IMG/VR virus record: IMGVR_UViG_3300011434_000017
Location: 1-36,052 of that record
Reading direction: 5' to 3' (one strand)
Length of the DNA: 36,052 nt
Source: a virus
Lineage: Duplodnaviria > Caudoviricetes
A program made the position numbers and the translations under genes. This document shows positions 1-8,189 of the stretch, piece after piece. Each line of letters begins with the position of its first letter. Position 1 is the first letter of the stretch. The notes beneath the pieces were generated by a model. It did not search any database, was not told the DNA's origin, and saw only the letters and a list, made by a program, of their open reading frames with translations.

Positions 1-2
1 CA

Positions 3-329
3 CTAGTAGAAAAGGCCGCTCGTATAGAAAGTCTTAGCGCCGACAAGCTTAGCTTATCTGCGTTAGACTCACTAGTGATACAAATCACGCGCGTTATAGG
101 TGAAACACTAGGTGATTCACCTGAGATGATACAAAAGGCTATACTAATAGAACAACGCATTGCATCCGAAGTGAGATTACCCTTAGATGCAATGCGTGGC
201 ATGGGGGCTAAACTAAGCGGCGACAACGATGGCGGATTAAGCGCGCCAGCAGTGCTTAATGTGATAATGCCCGCACAGGTGTCTAGTGTATCACAAGTAC
301 GGGCATTGCCTAGTGTGGAGCATGATTAA
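3..329 (+). CDS. 5'-truncated phage protein, possibly terminase small subunit C-terminal part
   Basis: Frame is open from base 3 (LVEKAARIESLSADK...) through the ORF-track GTG at 75 to TAA 329. Helical sequence ending in '...VLNVIMPAQ...ALPSVEHD', a tail style often seen in TerS proteins. Function is inference. Confidence 0.35.
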   Translation, partial: LVEKAARIESLSADKLSLSALDSLVIQITRVIGETLGDSPEMIQKAILIEQRIASEVRLPLDAMRGMGAKLSGDNDGGLSAPAVLNVIMPAQVSSVSQVRALPSVEHD

Positions 330-655
330 GAGTTAGCGACTATAACGCAATTGCCTTTACAGATATGTGGGCATGATTTGCATGCCTTGCAACATTTAGA
401 AGAGTGTACGCCGTGCATGCACATTGTACACAGTTTACCGTAGTGTGTACGCGAGTATGCTTGCGACGGCGCAAACGGTTCACCGATGTCGTTGCAAATA
501 GCTTGTGCTATTTCAGCAGCAACGCGGCGCGACATTAGTATGTGTTGCACAATCTTTCCAGTAACGCTATCAGTGCGCACTAGGCATATGGTACCGTCGC
601 TTGCGTTAGTCTGGATGTGCAGTGTTTCAGTTAATTGAATCTTGCGAATTGCCAT
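326..655 (-). CDS. hypothetical protein with C-terminal Cys/His (Zn-binding) cluster
   Basis: 109 aa; AGGAG upstream; CxxCxH...CCxxCxxCxHxC tail. Confidence 0.65.
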   Translation of the reverse strand: MAIRKIQLTETLHIQTNASDGTICLVRTDSVTGKIVQHILMSRRVAAEIAQAICNDIGEPFAPSQAYSRTHYGKLCTMCMHGVHSSKCCKACKSCPHICKGNCVIVANS

Positions 656-804
656 TATGCTACTCTCCTAATTTCCCTAGTACTACCCCGTACACTGGGG
701 TAGGCTGCATATGACGCACAGAGTGCGTCACAGTAGTCAACTATGTCTGTGAGCAAATCGCCCACATATTCGCCGTTGATAAAGACAAGCCATAGGGTAT
801 TCAT
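655..804 (-). CDS. small hypothetical protein (49 aa, not in ORF track)
   Basis: MNTLWLVFINGEYVGDLLTDIVDYCDALCASYAAYPSVRGSTREIRRVA; its TAA overlaps the next ATG (TAATG at 657-653), filling the gap in the operon. Confidence 0.55.
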   Translation of the reverse strand: MNTLWLVFINGEYVGDLLTDIVDYCDALCASYAAYPSVRGSTREIRRVA

Positions 805-841
805 GCGATCACCATTCGCTAAACAAAGCCGGTTCGGGTAT

Positions 842-1234
842 TTAGACTAGTTCGGGTTGCGAGGGTGCGGGTGCAACGTTTCGGTTGCAAGCATCACGCG
901 CACTGTCGATGTCGGTTGCAAGGAAATGATCCGAGAAAAGCCATTCAAGTAGGCGCGTCGGCGGAGAGGCGCTAAACACGTCTTCTGGTTTTACCCAACG
1001 TTCAGCCACTACTCCGCCGCAAATCATGGCAACACACAGGTACAAGCGGGGTGATTCATCACCTTGCAATTGAACTTTGGGACGGATAACGCAAATGATA
1101 CGTCCGACGTTGGGCTCTGCGCCGCCGGAATGCCATTCGATAACGTCTCCCCGTCCGACGGTCGATGCGCCGATCGGACAAGAAACGCCTGTACGCAAGC
1201 GCTTATTAGGGTATCTCACTACGTCGGTTCGCAT
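842..1234 (-). CDS. hypothetical early protein
   Basis: 130 aa ORF with AAAGGA SD; GC-richer than the late genes. Confidence 0.65.
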   Translation of the reverse strand: MRTDVVRYPNKRLRTGVSCPIGASTVGRGDVIEWHSGGAEPNVGRIICVIRPKVQLQGDESPRLYLCVAMICGGVVAERWVKPEDVFSASPPTRLLEWLFSDHFLATDIDSARDACNRNVAPAPSQPELV

Positions 1235-1261
1235 AAGCTATCCTTTCAAAGCTAGGTGTTT

Positions 1262-1531
1262 TCAACGAAGACAGATATCCATTAGACGGAGCGAGTCGGT
1301 GTCTGCGTTGCTTGCCAATACGTCACATAAGCAACCAAGGTAATGCAAGCGATCTAGGCTGCGTTCATACATGCACATATTGCCAGTGCGTGAATTGTAC
1401 TCTAGTGTGCCAGTGCGCCCCGTAGAGTGCCATGTTGAAACGTACACATTGATGTCGATGCGCGCCCAATGGAGGCAATCAAACTTGACAATCTGATATG
1501 TGCCGTTCGGATTCTTGATTGTTCTTGCCAT
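1262..1531 (-). CDS. hypothetical early protein (first gene of leftward operon)
   Basis: ORF-track start 1579 lies inside the promoter; ATG 1531 (MARTIKNP) has a GGAG SD upstream. Confidence 0.55.
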   Translation of the reverse strand: MARTIKNPNGTYQIVKFDCLHWARIDINVYVSTWHSTGRTGTLEYNSRTGNMCMYERSLDRLHYLGCLCDVLASNADTDSLRLMDICLR

Positions 1532-1567
1532 ATAAGCTAGCTCCACGTGCGACATTGCACTAACACA

Positions 1568-1596
1568 ACGATACAACATACACGCATGATTGTCAA
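1568..1596 (-). promoter_or_regulatory. sigma70-type promoter TTGACA-N17-TATCGT
   Basis: Minus strand: perfect -35 TTGACA (1596-1591), 17 nt spacer, -10 TATCGT (1573-1568), pointing into the small-gene operon. Confidence 0.75.
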
Positions 1597-1857
1597 GTGT
1601 TTTATTGGGAATTAATCATTATTGTTGCGATAGTAATTGCGCGACCCCGTTTGCGCCGCGCGACACCCCCCTTATTTGCGTCAGAGAGTAGTAGCGAAAG
1701 GAGCGCTAACCAACACCCACTGTTTTTGCAAAATTTAAAACTTTAATGAAGATTAGGAGAATAGCATAAATGTAAAAAATAGATTCAATTAATTCTTCCC
1801 ACAATGCCGTTATCGCTATGTTGATACATCACACTGACACACTCAGGAGTAATTACA

Positions 1858-2301
1858 ATGGCGTGGAAATGGCTTAACGGCGCAGTAGAGCACACATTTA
1901 ATTATGTTGCAGTAATGCTAGATTATAGTGTTGCAGAGGGCGGTAAAACCGTAACAAAAACAGCCGAAGTAGCTGGCTATATTGACAATATTAATCCTAG
2001 CGGAATTGCAACAGTTTACGTAGAGCACCCAATCACGGGCGCAACAGTTGCATGGGTTGGCCGCTGGGAATCATTGCGCAAGTTGCCTACACCGCCACCG
2101 CTTACGCCTGCGCAGCAAGCCGATGCGCTAATCCCCACTAGTGGCGAAGGTCTGCGTACAGTCACAGACGCAGTGCGCCGAGAGCCAATCCCCGCGCCAA
2201 GTCAACCAGTGCCCGCTGTGCCCACTACAACACCAACACCAACACCAGTAAGAGCAGTGCCAGTTAGCACACCAGTTAGCGCTGCCAGTATGCTGCCTTA
2301 A
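1858..2301 (+). CDS. hypothetical protein with Pro/Thr-rich low-complexity C-terminus
   Basis: CAGGAG SD; 147 aa; PTPPP/PTTTPTPTP tail. Confidence 0.75.
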   Translation: MAWKWLNGAVEHTFNYVAVMLDYSVAEGGKTVTKTAEVAGYIDNINPSGIATVYVEHPITGATVAWVGRWESLRKLPTPPPLTPAQQADALIPTSGEGLRTVTDAVRREPIPAPSQPVPAVPTTTPTPTPVRAVPVSTPVSAASMLP

Positions 2302-2321
2302 ACCATCAAACCGTAGTCAGT

Positions 2322-2401
2322 AGCCATCGGAAGCCATCGGAAGCCATCGGAAGCCATCGGAAGCCATCGGAAGCCATCGGAAGCCATCGGAAGCCATCGG
2401 A
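2322..2401 (+). repeat. perfect tandem repeat (AGCCATCGGA) x8, intergenic
   Basis: Eight exact 10-bp copies with no spacers, ending 8 nt before ATG 2410. Confidence 0.97.
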
Positions 2402-2409
2402 GAGCTTTT

Positions 2410-2997
2410 ATGCGTACTATAACCGTACTCGCCATGCTCACTATTACTTCTAGTATTAGTTGCACGCAAGGCTCTAGTCAATGGTACGAAAAAGCTAATC
2501 CGCAAACATCACTGAGTATTAATCCAATCACACATAACTTAGAATTCTTTGATAATAATGGGCGTGGAATTAACGCAGATGATATTGAATTTAAGAAAAC
2601 AAAGTCAGGGGCACAGTTCAGAGCAAAGAAGTTTATAGTTACCGAGCGCAGTGTAGAAAATCGCCTTGCAGATGCGCAGCAAACACAAGCAATGGGTATT
2701 ATGTTCACTGCGATTAACACTAGTATAGGAGATATGCTGCAAAAAGCATTCCTAGCTGGTGGACAATCAGTTGCAACTGCAATGGTTCCATTTGTTAATA
2801 TGCACGCTAGTGATAATGCAGCGGATGCAGCTAAGTTAGAGGCTAAACTGCGCAGCTTTGATGCATTAATTGCTCGCTACTCGCAGCCCCTACTAGGACA
2901 ACCTGTAGCGCAGCCGCAATTACCACTCAACTTTCAGTTTCATCCACCACAACCACAACCACAACCACAACCACAACCACAACCATCTGCGCCGTAG
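2410..2997 (+). CDS. putative lipoprotein with (PQ)n tail
   Basis: MR + hydrophobic stretch + SISC lipobox-like Cys18; C-terminal PQ repeat. Confidence 0.6.
   Translation: MRTITVLAMLTITSSISCTQGSSQWYEKANPQTSLSINPITHNLEFFDNNGRGINADDIEFKKTKSGAQFRAKKFIVTERSVENRLADAQQTQAMGIMFTAINTSIGDMLQKAFLAGGQSVATAMVPFVNMHASDNAADAAKLEAKLRSFDALIARYSQPLLGQPVAQPQLPLNFQFHPPQPQPQPQPQPQPSAP
2947..2985 (+). repeat. in-frame microsatellite (CCACAA) x6.5 encoding PQPQPQ
   Basis: Six exact hexamer copies plus CCA. Confidence 0.95.
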
Positions 2998-3040
2998 CGT
3001 AGGATGTTATGTGTTATGTTGCACCCATGAAAGGATTTGT

Positions 3041-3421
3041 ATGCCGAATAGTCTTACAACCTCAGCTAGTTTAGCCGCACAAGCCGACGATGTTGCGCCG
3101 GGCGTTGGTTTGCTCTCGATTGAGCGCGTAGCCGGTCAACGCAAGGCCCGCGTTACTGCAACGCCGCCTACCGTTGATAGTGACGGTAGCGAATTGACGG
3201 GAGTCACTGCATTTCAGGGGCATATGGTTCCCTTGGATAGCAATGACCCCGTTATTGTGAATTTGGACGAAGCCGCCGCGGCAATGGTGCCGGGCGCACA
3301 AGTAGTCAATATTCCGTTGTCGCCGAATGGCTCACCGGTATTTGTTGACTACGTAATTGCGTTCAATACGCCGTATTCGGTGATTGGACACTTTACCGAT
3401 GACGTAGTTGCACCGGTCTAA
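3041..3421 (+). CDS. hypothetical acidic beta-rich protein (Ig/FN3-like possible)
   Basis: AAAGGA SD before ATG 3041 (MPNSLTTSAS); 'PPTVDSDGSELTGV' resembles phage FN3-like modules. Confidence 0.65.
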   Translation: MPNSLTTSASLAAQADDVAPGVGLLSIERVAGQRKARVTATPPTVDSDGSELTGVTAFQGHMVPLDSNDPVIVNLDEAAAAMVPGAQVVNIPLSPNGSPVFVDYVIAFNTPYSVIGHFTDDVVAPV

Positions 3422-3437
3422 CTATAGAGAGACCACA

Positions 3438-3653
3438 ATGCCAAACAGTTTAGCAATCAGTGCGTCAATGCCGGCGCAGCCGAAACCCGGCGGGACTAGT
3501 GCAGCAGAGCGGCGATTTCTTAGGCATATACGTTTGCATACGCTGCAAGTGCTTTGGGAAATTGAGGCTCGGCTAGGCTATTATCGCACTAAACGGCAAC
3601 CCCGTCAACCACGTCCACGTCGATTAGTCTATTCTCGCTTACGCGGGCGATAA
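3438..3653 (+). CDS. small Arg-rich basic protein
   Basis: ATG 3438 (MPNSLAISAS); C-terminus RTKRQPRQPRPRRLVYSRLRGR. Confidence 0.55.
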   Translation: MPNSLAISASMPAQPKPGGTSAAERRFLRHIRLHTLQVLWEIEARLGYYRTKRQPRQPRPRRLVYSRLRGR

Positions 3654-3656
3654 ATA

Positions 3657-4496
3657 ATGGCTCTAAAAACGTGGATAAGTCAAGCCAGTCAGGACGCCTC
3701 CGTTGCAGGTAATTGGAACGGGGGCGTTCCTGTTGGCGGGGATGATATATTAATTCCTGCTGGTACAGCTAGCATTACTAGCGGGACTGACCCAGCCGTT
3801 ACGTTAGTTAATGGTGAAGTCCAAGATGGTTATACAGGTTCACTAGGAACACCGGCAGATGCATTTGATTATGCATTTAGTGGCGTATTTAGTATATACG
3901 GTTCACCACAAAGCAAATATTGGTTAACTGCTGGCACAGCAAACGTAGCTGGTTTATATATAAACCCCGCTACTTCACAAGCTGAGATTACACTTTTAGC
4001 TGGCTTATTTGTTAATACTGTAATAAAAGCTGGTACTGTTAGAACTAGTGCTACGCACACCCTATTAGAAAACGCAGCTAGAAATAACTTACAACAGAAT
4101 AGCTCTCTAGAACTTCTTGGTGGCACAACAACTTTACTGCGCAACATAGCTGGTAATTTGCTTGCACAAACTACTGGCGCGGTGATTACTACACTAGATG
4201 TGTTAAATCACTTCGCACTTATCACAGCGGCATCGTTAGGAGCAATTAATTTATATGGTGGTAAAATAGACTACCGCACTGTTGTCGGCACGCCAGTAAT
4301 TAACATCTATGCCGGGTTTTTAGCTGCTGCGCAAGATTCGCAGGCTAAGACTATAAATAAGATCATTTTGCACACTGAGGCTGCAAAAGCACTTGTAGGC
4401 CCAACTGTAACGGTGACAAATGGCATTGTTGATCCGCTCGGCGTTGTGCGGTCTATTTATAGTGGCTCTAGTGGCGATAGTTTTAGTGGCCTCTAA
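3657..4496 (+). CDS. adhesin-like / beta-solenoid putative virion protein
   Basis: N-terminal W...NWxGGVP..GDD.I.I motif typical of autotransporter-passenger-like caps; Gly/Thr/Ala-rich beta strands. Confidence 0.6.
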   Translation: MALKTWISQASQDASVAGNWNGGVPVGGDDILIPAGTASITSGTDPAVTLVNGEVQDGYTGSLGTPADAFDYAFSGVFSIYGSPQSKYWLTAGTANVAGLYINPATSQAEITLLAGLFVNTVIKAGTVRTSATHTLLENAARNNLQQNSSLELLGGTTTLLRNIAGNLLAQTTGAVITTLDVLNHFALITAASLGAINLYGGKIDYRTVVGTPVINIYAGFLAAAQDSQAKTINKIILHTEAAKALVGPTVTVTNGIVDPLGVVRSIYSGSSGDSFSGL

Positions 4497-4585
4497 TGGC
4501 TGCTGTTATGGCCGCCCCTTACGGCTAGAGCCTAGTGTTGATAAGCATTTTTCTAGTACCATAACTAATTGGTTAGGAGACACAA

Positions 4586-5356
4586 GTGGAAACTCTGAGC
4601 CTAGAGCAAATACTATTAGCGAGTTCCCTGCCTATTAAAGATAGAAAACTTAGCATAGCTGCACAACAAGCTATGCTATTGCCAAGTGGGGTTGTCAATT
4701 ATAATAGTTTGTTAATTTACGGCGGGGCTGTTGGGGCAAAATCTGGATCGCATATCTATAACTTAAAGCACAATCGTACACTTAACTGCAATGCAACTAC
4801 TCTCGGTGGTGGCTCTAGTGGTTTTCACATTGGTTCGCCAAATGGGCTATCGCCGGAACGCGCTTATGTTGTTAAAGATGTTATTTTAAGTAACTCACAA
4901 ATACTTTGCAATGACGATGATAACTTAAGCGCTGTTGATGTATTTAATCTCACAATTAAAGGTTGCTTAATTGCTGGCGGCTTTAATACACCTAGTAGTG
5001 ATCCTGATGCTGATCCAGATAGATTATACCCAAATGCAAAAGGCTTGTTACTTATACATTGTAAAAAGGTGCGCTTAGACGGTAATACGTTTATCGCATC
5101 GGGGCGTTTACCCGACTTGTCTGATTGCGAAGAAGTTGTAATTCAAAACTGTAAAATGTATCGCTTTACTAATGTATCTAGTATTTGGTCAAAATCTCAA
5201 ATTACTATTAATAATTGCGAATTAATAGACTTGTTGCCATGCACAGAGCCGTTCTTTAAAGCGAACGGGTGTAAAATAACCACTGGTATAAATTTCTACA
5301 ACGGAGAAGTAAGCAATGCGTGGCTACAACAAAGCGACGTTCTGCCTGTTACTTAG
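4586..5356 (+). CDS. right-handed beta-helix (pectate-lyase-like) protein
   Basis: AGGAGA SD, GTG start; repeated 'V.I.NC' strands, 'NDDDNL', 'KGLLL' reminiscent of PL1-like lyases. Confidence 0.55.
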   Translation: METLSLEQILLASSLPIKDRKLSIAAQQAMLLPSGVVNYNSLLIYGGAVGAKSGSHIYNLKHNRTLNCNATTLGGGSSGFHIGSPNGLSPERAYVVKDVILSNSQILCNDDDNLSAVDVFNLTIKGCLIAGGFNTPSSDPDADPDRLYPNAKGLLLIHCKKVRLDGNTFIASGRLPDLSDCEEVVIQNCKMYRFTNVSSIWSKSQITINNCELIDLLPCTEPFFKANGCKITTGINFYNGEVSNAWLQQSDVLPVT

Positions 5357-7712
5357 CTTAACAACCACTACCGCAATTGCGGCAAATCGTTTCGCCAATA
5401 ACACTGTAATAGCAACAGGCACCGCCGGTGCTATTGGCACTACCACAACTATTGATTTAACGGCTGCTTCTTTTAGTGGTAGCTTCGTAGAAGTAGACGC
5501 CGTATTTGCTGGTATAGTGACTACCGGCGGTACTGGTGCAGACGCGCGGACAGTCGCGCATAAGATAACAGCAATTAATGGTTTGCATGTTGCTACAGTT
5601 ACGCCAGCATTTGCAAATGCCTCAGCAGCAAATTGGACTTATATTATAACTTATGGCAGTGACGTAAACACATCTCTTTCCCAAACAAAAAGTTCTGGCA
5701 CAACTGGTCCATCGCTAAGCTTATATCAAGTATTATATACTGCTTGTTCTACTGGGGATGTACTTAATGTATGCGCAAGTGGTGCCACATACGATGGTCT
5801 AAACGACGCCGGTATGGCTAACTTCGCCACAATTGATATTCATCGTGCTGGTGTTAATATTACTTATCAGGGTTATACAACAACTGTGGGAGATTTAGCC
5901 ACTAGCGGTACTCGTGTAACTGATAGCGTAGCTGCTAATTTTCCGTTGATACAATCAAGCACTGGTAATCAAACCATTCTCACCGATCCTGGCGTTGCCA
6001 GTGCTACTAGTATTACGTTTAAGAACTTGCGCGTCGCTTCTGGTATAACTCCATTATATGTAGTAAACGCAGCATCACCAGCAGTTACTATAACTTGGCA
6101 AGAATGCAAAATTGGTAGCACTGCGCAAGATAGCGACACAATAACGTATTATGATAGCAGCGCTTCGGGAGTAACTAAGTCTCATGTATTTTTAGATTCA
6201 CTATTATATAGTGAAAGTACGTTGCTTTATCTCGTCAATGGAAAGTTTAGTGCCACAGATTGTAACTTTACAGGTGATTTGAGTAATCTATCAAACTATT
6301 ATGGTATTTTTATTAGCACCGAAAATAGTAACACTGTTCAAATAATGCGGGCAGAAATTGTTGACTCTAGTTTTAATATTAATGGCGGGAATAGTGTTTC
6401 TAATTGCATTTTACGAACTTTTGGGCTGTCACAAACCAATTTGTTTCGTATAGCCAATTGCACTGCTGAATACACCCTAGAGGGTGGTCAATTTTTACTT
6501 GCGGCAGATAGTTTGCACAACGTTTTAATTGAAAATTGCACATTTAACTGCAACACAATAACCTCTGCTAATCAAATTATCGCTCTTGGGCAGGACACGT
6601 CGGCGGTTACTACACCATCGCATTCAAGAGCAAGTGTAATCACTAGCGCAGCACAAGGCGCAGCCGGTACTGGTAATGCGACTGCCGGTGCAAGTACATT
6701 AGTATTAGCTACTGGTAGCAGTGCTACGGACAATTTTTATAGCGGTGCATATATTCGTTTACCTACTACACTACAAGTTCACAAGATAGACTCTTATGTT
6801 GGCGCTACTAGAACAGCTACAATTTGGGGCATTTGGGTAAGTAACGCAACTGCGCCAGAGTATAGTATAGTTCGATTTGATAGAATACCCAATAACATAG
6901 TCATACGCAACAATACGTTTAGATTCACTGGTGATGATAGTCATGCTATTCTAGTCGGCCCCGGTAGTAATGGCGCAACTATATATGGGAATACTGTTTA
7001 TGACGCTGACAATGCTTTTGTTATTAAAGGTGAAGGCTGTTATGTAGCATATAACTATGCTTATAGCGGCAACCCGTTTATTTTAAAAGGTGCTAATAAT
7101 TGCTTTGTAGATCACAATACTTTTGTATGTAATAGCGAATCTGGGTTTACGCAACCAGCTTTTCAGTTAAGAGATATGAGTCCGAAGAGCGATAACTTAG
7201 AAGGCGCTGATTACTCTAAATGTTCGGGGCACATAGTAACCAACAACATAATTTCAGTTGATAATGGTATAGCTGTACTATGCTTATGGACAGACAATAC
7301 TGGCAGCGGCTCTTGGACTGATCTATTTGACGAAGATAATGATGCTAACTTTTACGATGGTGTAGTTGGCCCCGGCAGGCAGCCTAATTATTTTAACAAC
7401 AATTTGTATTATCGCGGGGATGGTGGTGATATAGCTCAACTAGACGGTACAACTTGTGCTAATTTAGCAGCATTGAAAGCTAAATGGGCTAATGTTGAGT
7501 CTGACGGTTGGACATTTAATAGAATGTTCCCATTAAATGACGCTGCAAGTATTAGTGCAAACCCGTTATTAGTCGATCCAGCTAACGGTGATTTTCGTAC
7601 ATCTAGTGGATCGCCTGCTAGGCGAGCAGCAACAGACGGCACAGATATTGGAGCTAGTCAACACTACACCGTTGGCGGTGGTGGTGGTTCTGGTGGTGGC
7701 GGTTATTATTAA
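5316..7712 (+). CDS. large right-handed beta-helix protein (tailspike/depolymerase-like) with signal-peptide-like N-terminus
   Basis: 798 aa; NVLIENCTF, NIVIRNNTF, VDHNTF, VTNNII repeats; C-terminal NPLLVDPANGDFR..GSPA...DIGA motif; GGGGGSGGGGYY end. Confidence 0.7.
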   Translation: MRGYNKATFCLLLSLTTTTAIAANRFANNTVIATGTAGAIGTTTTIDLTAASFSGSFVEVDAVFAGIVTTGGTGADARTVAHKITAINGLHVATVTPAFANASAANWTYIITYGSDVNTSLSQTKSSGTTGPSLSLYQVLYTACSTGDVLNVCASGATYDGLNDAGMANFATIDIHRAGVNITYQGYTTTVGDLATSGTRVTDSVAANFPLIQSSTGNQTILTDPGVASATSITFKNLRVASGITPLYVVNAASPAVTITWQECKIGSTAQDSDTITYYDSSASGVTKSHVFLDSLLYSESTLLYLVNGKFSATDCNFTGDLSNLSNYYGIFISTENSNTVQIMRAEIVDSSFNINGGNSVSNCILRTFGLSQTNLFRIANCTAEYTLEGGQFLLAADSLHNVLIENCTFNCNTITSANQIIALGQDTSAVTTPSHSRASVITSAAQGAAGTGNATAGASTLVLATGSSATDNFYSGAYIRLPTTLQVHKIDSYVGATRTATIWGIWVSNATAPEYSIVRFDRIPNNIVIRNNTFRFTGDDSHAILVGPGSNGATIYGNTVYDADNAFVIKGEGCYVAYNYAYSGNPFILKGANNCFVDHNTFVCNSESGFTQPAFQLRDMSPKSDNLEGADYSKCSGHIVTNNIISVDNGIAVLCLWTDNTGSGSWTDLFDEDNDANFYDGVVGPGRQPNYFNNNLYYRGDGGDIAQLDGTTCANLAALKAKWANVESDGWTFNRMFPLNDAASISANPLLVDPANGDFRTSSGSPARRAATDGTDIGASQHYTVGGGGGSGGGGYY

Positions 7713-7724
7713 GGGTTAGAGCAG

Positions 7725-8189
7725 ATGCGCAATCTTAAAGGATCGCTAGTTTATTTTGGTATGCACGCTTTCTGTATTGGTATTATTGTACTTGTCGTGT
7801 ATAAGGTAGCTTATGCACAGCCGCCAATTGTGCCAATGGCAGCTATGCTTACCGCTGCGCCAACTGCTGTTGTTGGTATTGGGCAGCAAGCTTCGGTCAA
7901 TATTTTAAATAGTGCTGCTGCTGCTGAAATTATTGCTGCTCCTGCTGCGTCTAGTACCATTATCGTGTCAGATATGACCATCTCTAATGGTAATGATACT
8001 AGTGGGCGTGTGCTAGTAACCGTTACTAGCAATGCAGTTGTAAAATGGCGTGGTTGGATGGATATTGGTGTAAACTTAAATTGGTCGTCTCCAATTAGCA
8101 TGGAAACTGGGCAGGCACTAACAGTAACAGTTAGCAGCGCCACGCACGATACATGGGTTTGGGTTAATTATGCGGTGAACCGTGGCTAG
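7725..8189 (+). CDS. putative exported/virion-associated beta-sandwich protein
   Basis: Basic N-terminus, hydrophobic helix, VAYA|Q cleavage-like site; jelly-roll-like remainder. Confidence 0.55.
   Translation: MRNLKGSLVYFGMHAFCIGIIVLVVYKVAYAQPPIVPMAAMLTAAPTAVVGIGQQASVNILNSAAAAEIIAAPAASSTIIVSDMTISNGNDTSGRVLVTVTSNAVVKWRGWMDIGVNLNWSSPISMETGQALTVTVSSATHDTWVWVNYAVNRG

Noticed and set aside
2322-2401. CRISPR array
   Set aside because: 10-bp units are contiguous with no spacers, and no cas genes are present
2317-2505. Minus-strand ORF with MASDGFRWLP repeats
   Set aside because: By-product of the 10-bp tandem repeat; antisense to the lipoprotein gene
4496-4585. Stop-codon readthrough/recoding extending the 4586 gene from ATG 4496
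   Set aside because: Frame contains TAG, TAA and TAG; GTG 4586 has its own AGGAGA SD; long genes are intact under code 11 and all three stops are used
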